This document shows, piece by piece, positions 25,563 to 29,692 of a stretch of DNA of 29,692 nt; the first letter of the stretch is position 1; every line of letters begins with the position of its first letter. The position numbers and the translations under genes are program-made. The notes beneath the pieces were generated by a model. It did not search any database. It was not told the DNA's origin and worked only from the letters and a program-made list of their open reading frames with translations. Origin of the DNA: an uncultured virus (IMG/VR IMGVR_UViG_2061766007_000848) (taxonomy: Duplodnaviria; Heunggongvirae; Uroviricota; Caudoviricetes); IMG/VR virus record IMGVR_UViG_2061766007_000848; one strand, given 5' to 3'.

Positions 25563-28500
25563 TTAAGATTTACTATTCCGCCATTCTTCGGCTCTTGTAG
25601 TCTTTTCCTTATGGTCAGACAATATGTATAACTTTGTTTTGCTGTTACTGAACAACTTCTTCTCATTCTTCCAGGTATCTTTTTCGACAATTCCGCTCAA
25701 CGCTACAACGCAGCCTTTCAGGTCGGCTATATCTTCACCGATTTTTTCATAAGCATCAGGCCAAAGTAGTACAGGAATAATGGTATTATTGCAGTTGATA
25801 TTCAGCGTGCACATGGTACCCGATTTAATTGCTTTTTCCTTGTAGTAAATAAGTTTCCCCGCAATCGCAACCTCTTGTTTTTCCTTTGTTGCTAAAAATT
25901 CAACGTCATTAACAAACAAGTTGGCCAACCGCTTATTCGGAATAGCATCTTTAATCATATTTTCATAATCAACTTCGCCAAAGCCCGTCAACCGCTTTTG
26001 CTCCATTATCCAAAAAGCATTTGAATTGCTATCAACCGAAGTGTATTCTTCCGGAAGTTGCTCACCTTTTGTTTCCAAATACTTTTCCAAAAGCCCCTTT
26101 CTATCACGAGGATTATTCAGTTCCTCTATCAAGTCAAACGCTCCAGCAATGATAAGGCACTTTACAACAGTCTTATTCACCTTTGAAGGCACTCGGCTTA
26201 AAAACTCTTCCAGGGAATAAAACTTTCCGCCCTCGTTCCTTACATTCATAATGTTCTGAACTGCCACTTCACCAACCCCTTTGATTTTTGTAAGGCTGAA
26301 GAAAATACGTTGTTCTTTGGCATCACATGTAAAGTTTACGTCAGAAAAGTTTACGTCAGGCGGACGGATTTCGATTTCAACACCAGTTTTTTTCAATTCC
26401 GNNNNNNNNNNNNNNNNNNNNNNNNCCTTTGAAAATTGAAGAGCCGTTGTCCAAAACTCAAGCGGATAATTCACTTTGAACCACTGACTCCAATATGAGA
26501 TTATCGTATACGCAACAGCGTGAGAATTTGAAGTAACAATTCCGTTTGAAGTTAAGAAAGTGTGACTCACATCACCGCTTACTTCCACATCATAAACTTC
26601 TTTTTCACCCACAAATTCAATACTAACAATACATTCATTTACAACTGATAATCCCTTTTCACCCATATTGAAATCATACTTTTTATTTGTTGGTTCGTAA
26701 CCGCCATTACAAAATAAATAATCTCCTACTTTTAATTGAAAAACTAATTTTATCCCATTAGGTGTAGGAAATTTATGGTTCATGGTTACGTTTATAGTTT
26801 TACCAAATTCAGTAGTGATTTTATACACTTTTCTCACCCCAACAAATCGTATATCTACAATCTTATTTTTCTTCAATCTGCCGTCTGAAGATAAAGAAAA
26901 ACACATCCCATATCCTTTACTATTATATTTTTTTCGCAAAGCATAATGTCCACTTTCTTCAGCTTGTTTTACTGACATGTTCTTTATCTTATACATTTCA
27001 GCAATAGTTGGAATAAAACTATCAAAATTATTGCCAACTCTTAATATAGTTTCATCTCCATCTATACATTTGTTGAAGCCGTAACCGCTAAAAGCAAGCA
27101 ACTTGTCCCAAACGTGGGCAGCATATTCCTTTGGCTTTTCTATTCCATTTTTTGAAAGCAATTTTTCGTAGCCTGTTTTGAACTTTTCGCCGTAACTACT
27201 CAGCGTCTTGATATCCTTCTTTTTTATTGTCGTTCTTAAAATATCAGACTCAACCTCCGTCAACCCGCCAACCACAACCGCTTTCATGATTTGTTCCTGA
27301 TATACGTACAACCCGAAAGTCTCGCGAGTTATATTTTCCATTCCAAAATCATAGGCTGGTTTTTTCTTGCCGTTTTTGATATCGCAAAAGTCCTGGTGGG
27401 CGTTCATTTCCATTGGACCAGGTCTGAAAAGAGCCGACATGGCTATAAGATTTTCCAGACTTTCGGGCTTCACTTGCCGGCAGTAGTTCATCAAANNNNN
27501 NNNNNNNNNNNNCATCTTCATTCCAACCTCGTCTGAAATACTTGTAGGTCTGTTCGTCATCCAATGGGATTGCATTGACGTCAATAGCCTTTCCTGTGTT
27601 TTGCTTTATAAGGTTTAAGATGCTTTTGAATTTGTCGAGTTGTGAAAGCCCTAAAATATCCTCTTTCAGAAAGCCCGATTTATCAATGTACTTTCCTTCC
27701 CATTCACTAACTAACACGCCATCGATTTTCTTGACGGGCATCCACCCCCATAAATCAATTTCTTCATTGGTTCCATCTACCTTGTGTTTCGGTACAATTA
27801 CAACGGCTGAAGGGTGAACGCTTTCCGCCTTTGGCTGAAGAAGTGCGTATTTTGTTAGGTGAACTAATTCGGGATTTTCTTGAACGAATTTAAAAAGTGC
27901 TTTTGACTTTGATGCGTATTCAATCAAATCGCCCCAAGTGTACTCCACCTGGTCATCAATGTCCTTTGTTAGTTTGTTAGTCAAGTCGAATGAAAGCCCC
28001 TTGACCTTCCCGAAGTCCTTTATGCAAGTTTTCAATTTCATTCGTGTATAGGTTCCAATGCTGCATGTGTAGGCATAACCATAGCGGTCTTTGATGTATT
28101 CCTTTACGATATCACGATATTCCGTTGGAAAGTCGCAGTCAATATCGGGCATTGAGTCGGCTGATTTTGCACGCTCACCGCTTACACGAGTTTCGTTAAG
28201 AAAACGCTCAAACATCAAGCCGTACTTTAATGGGTCAACATCGGTGATGTATAGACAATAGGCTATCAAACAACCGCATACCGAACCACGTCCAACGCCA
28301 GTGTTGATTCCGTTATCTCGACACCACTTTATTATATCCCAAAGAATCATGAAATAGTCGCAAAGCCCATTCGGAACAATTACATTACATTCCGTTTCAA
28401 TCTGCTTCAAATACCTACCTAATTCTTCAGGCGGCAAGTTTCCCAGGCGCTCGTTTATTCCCTTTTCAAGTTCTTTGAAAAATTTCTTTTCTACGTTCTT

Positions 28501-29692
28501 AACTTCAAAATGGGGCAATTTACGCTCACCTGTGTTTATTCTGAATTCTATCTTATCCGAAAGCCTGGATGCGTTTTCAATGCCCTCGATAATAACATCC
28601 GCCAATGGCTTTACATCTTCAAGCCATTCTGAATATGAATCCATTGNNNNNNNNNNNNNNNNNNNNNNNNNNGATTTTCCGATTCAGGTGTTACTTTTCC
28701 ATCAACCTTGTTCAGCATCGCCTTCAACGAACATTCTTCCTTGTCTAAATAGTAGGAATCATTTATCAATATCGGCTTCATCAACTTTTTGTATTCACAA
28801 AGATAGGTATCGATGTTGGTCAAATGGTTCCGGAATAACTGATTGGAAGTGTACTCAACTGTATCAATTTGATAGTAAACCTCGTCAAATGCTTTTTTGT
28901 ATTTTGCTATAAGTTTTACGGCTGCTTTCTTATCATCCTTAATGTAGTTGAATTCACTTTCCTTTGGAATGACGCAGCAAAGCCCTTCCCCTAATGTGTA
29001 AAGAAGTTCATCGGGGATAAATCCGCCATAATCTACGTTGATTGCTTTATTGATTAGCAAAAGACTTTTCCACCCCTTTTCATTCAAAACGAAAAACTTC
29101 AATTCAAACGTTTCCTGGTTAGCCTTATCAGCCGAATAATCGATGGCGACCGTCACAGTTTCCCCGATTATTGATTTCATCCCTTTCTTTTCGCAAGCGG
29201 TTTGGAATGATAGCGTTCCAGCCAGTGTATTTCGGTCACAAATTCCAACCGCCTTACAATTCAAAAAACTTGCTTTCTTGACCCACGTTTCGCAGGCGCC
29301 AGAGCCGTTCATCATTTCGTACTCCGAATGAACCCCCAGGTGAACAAAATCCATGACCTGGGGTTCGCTTGACTTTCCAAGGTATTTAAAGTCATTGAAT
29401 TCGGGCTTGTAAATCATTTCATTGTAGCGGTTCTTATCCTTCTTCAACGATGAATAATAGAATTTGCCGCCAAACTCGAACAAAATGAAATTAACCTTAT
29501 TTTCATCCAAAATATCGAATTCCTCATCCGATAGAATGAACGAAAAATCTTCATCAATTACCTTTCCGTCAAATGGCTTCAAATAAAGAAACGTACCAAC
29601 GCCATCTACGGAAATAATATCAGAGCCATCTAATTCTGACTCTGATATTACTAACTTGTTTTCAACTATCCAATTTGATAAACTTTCCGTCA
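25563..29692 (-). CDS. dnaE: DNA polymerase III alpha subunit with intein (one gene across N gaps; start codon at the window edge)
   Basis: PHP HLGVHSEY, ICDRNTL, INDSYY; GRGSVCG, FERFLN, PDIDCDF, HPSAVV, KEDILGL, LFRPGP, YQEQIM, YGFNK/SHA.AY, IKGVG HhH, C-terminal OB fold. The frame stays open to the last base. Confidence 0.95.
26526..27068 (-). mobile_element. mini-intein (181 aa) in DnaE, no homing endonuclease
   Basis: Inserted at GFNK|SHAVAY; begins CIDGDE, block B TMNHKF, block F VYDVEV, ends IVTSN before Ser+1. Confidence 0.93.

Noticed and set aside
774..28672. The roughly 23 short N runs as possible hypervariable (DGR-like) or repeat loci
   Set aside because: They fall in conserved motifs and core genes as well as accessory ones, share no flanking motif I can see, and no reverse transcriptase is present. 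Raw reads would be needed to say more.
100..29331. Plus-strand ORFs in the track, including the Ser-rich 22582-23256
   Set aside because: All are antisense shadows of well-supported minus-strand genes; the poly-Ser is the reverse complement of Asp/Glu codons.
25563..29692. DnaE appearing as three ORFs (split gene, programmed frameshift or split intein)
   Set aside because: Both frame changes coincide with N gaps (27497-27512, 28647-28672) whose lengths are not reliable; motifs continue across them, and the intein is contiguous.
1..29692. tRNA, rRNA, CRISPR array or group I intron
   Set aside because: Intergenic spaces are short and none shows a cloverleaf, spaced repeats or intron-like interruption; a covariance-model scan was not possible.

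Overview
About 29.7 kb of a large dsDNA phage genome, probably from a jumbo phage of a Bacteroidota (Prevotella/Bacteroides-like) host. Every credible gene is on the minus strand and tightly packed. In transcription order (right to left): DNA polymerase III alpha (DnaE) with a 181-aa mini-intein; an HD-domain nucleotidase; an NMAD1/DUF1599-like protein; a T4-like recombination block (UvsY-like, gp32-like SSB, RecA/UvsX, SbcD/SbcC, RuvC); a sigma-factor-like protein; a UvrD helicase; many small accessory genes, including a Pol-beta-type nucleotidyltransferase and a paralog pair; a DUF2280-like protein; a cassette behind a Bacteroidota-type promoter that ends in HU; a DnaQ exonuclease; the terminase large subunit; a GIY-YIG homing endonuclease; a P-loop kinase; and a DUF4314-like protein. 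About 23 short N gaps break reading frames, so several split ORFs are single genes. The most notable signals are two. First, a possible DNA base-modification pathway (HD + NMAD1 coupled to DnaE, plus a kinase resembling 5-hmU DNA kinases). Second, a strong word bias: no GATC seen, no CTAG seen in the part scanned, and CCWGG about 5-fold enriched. All family assignments are motif recognition by eye and need HMM or structure confirmation.
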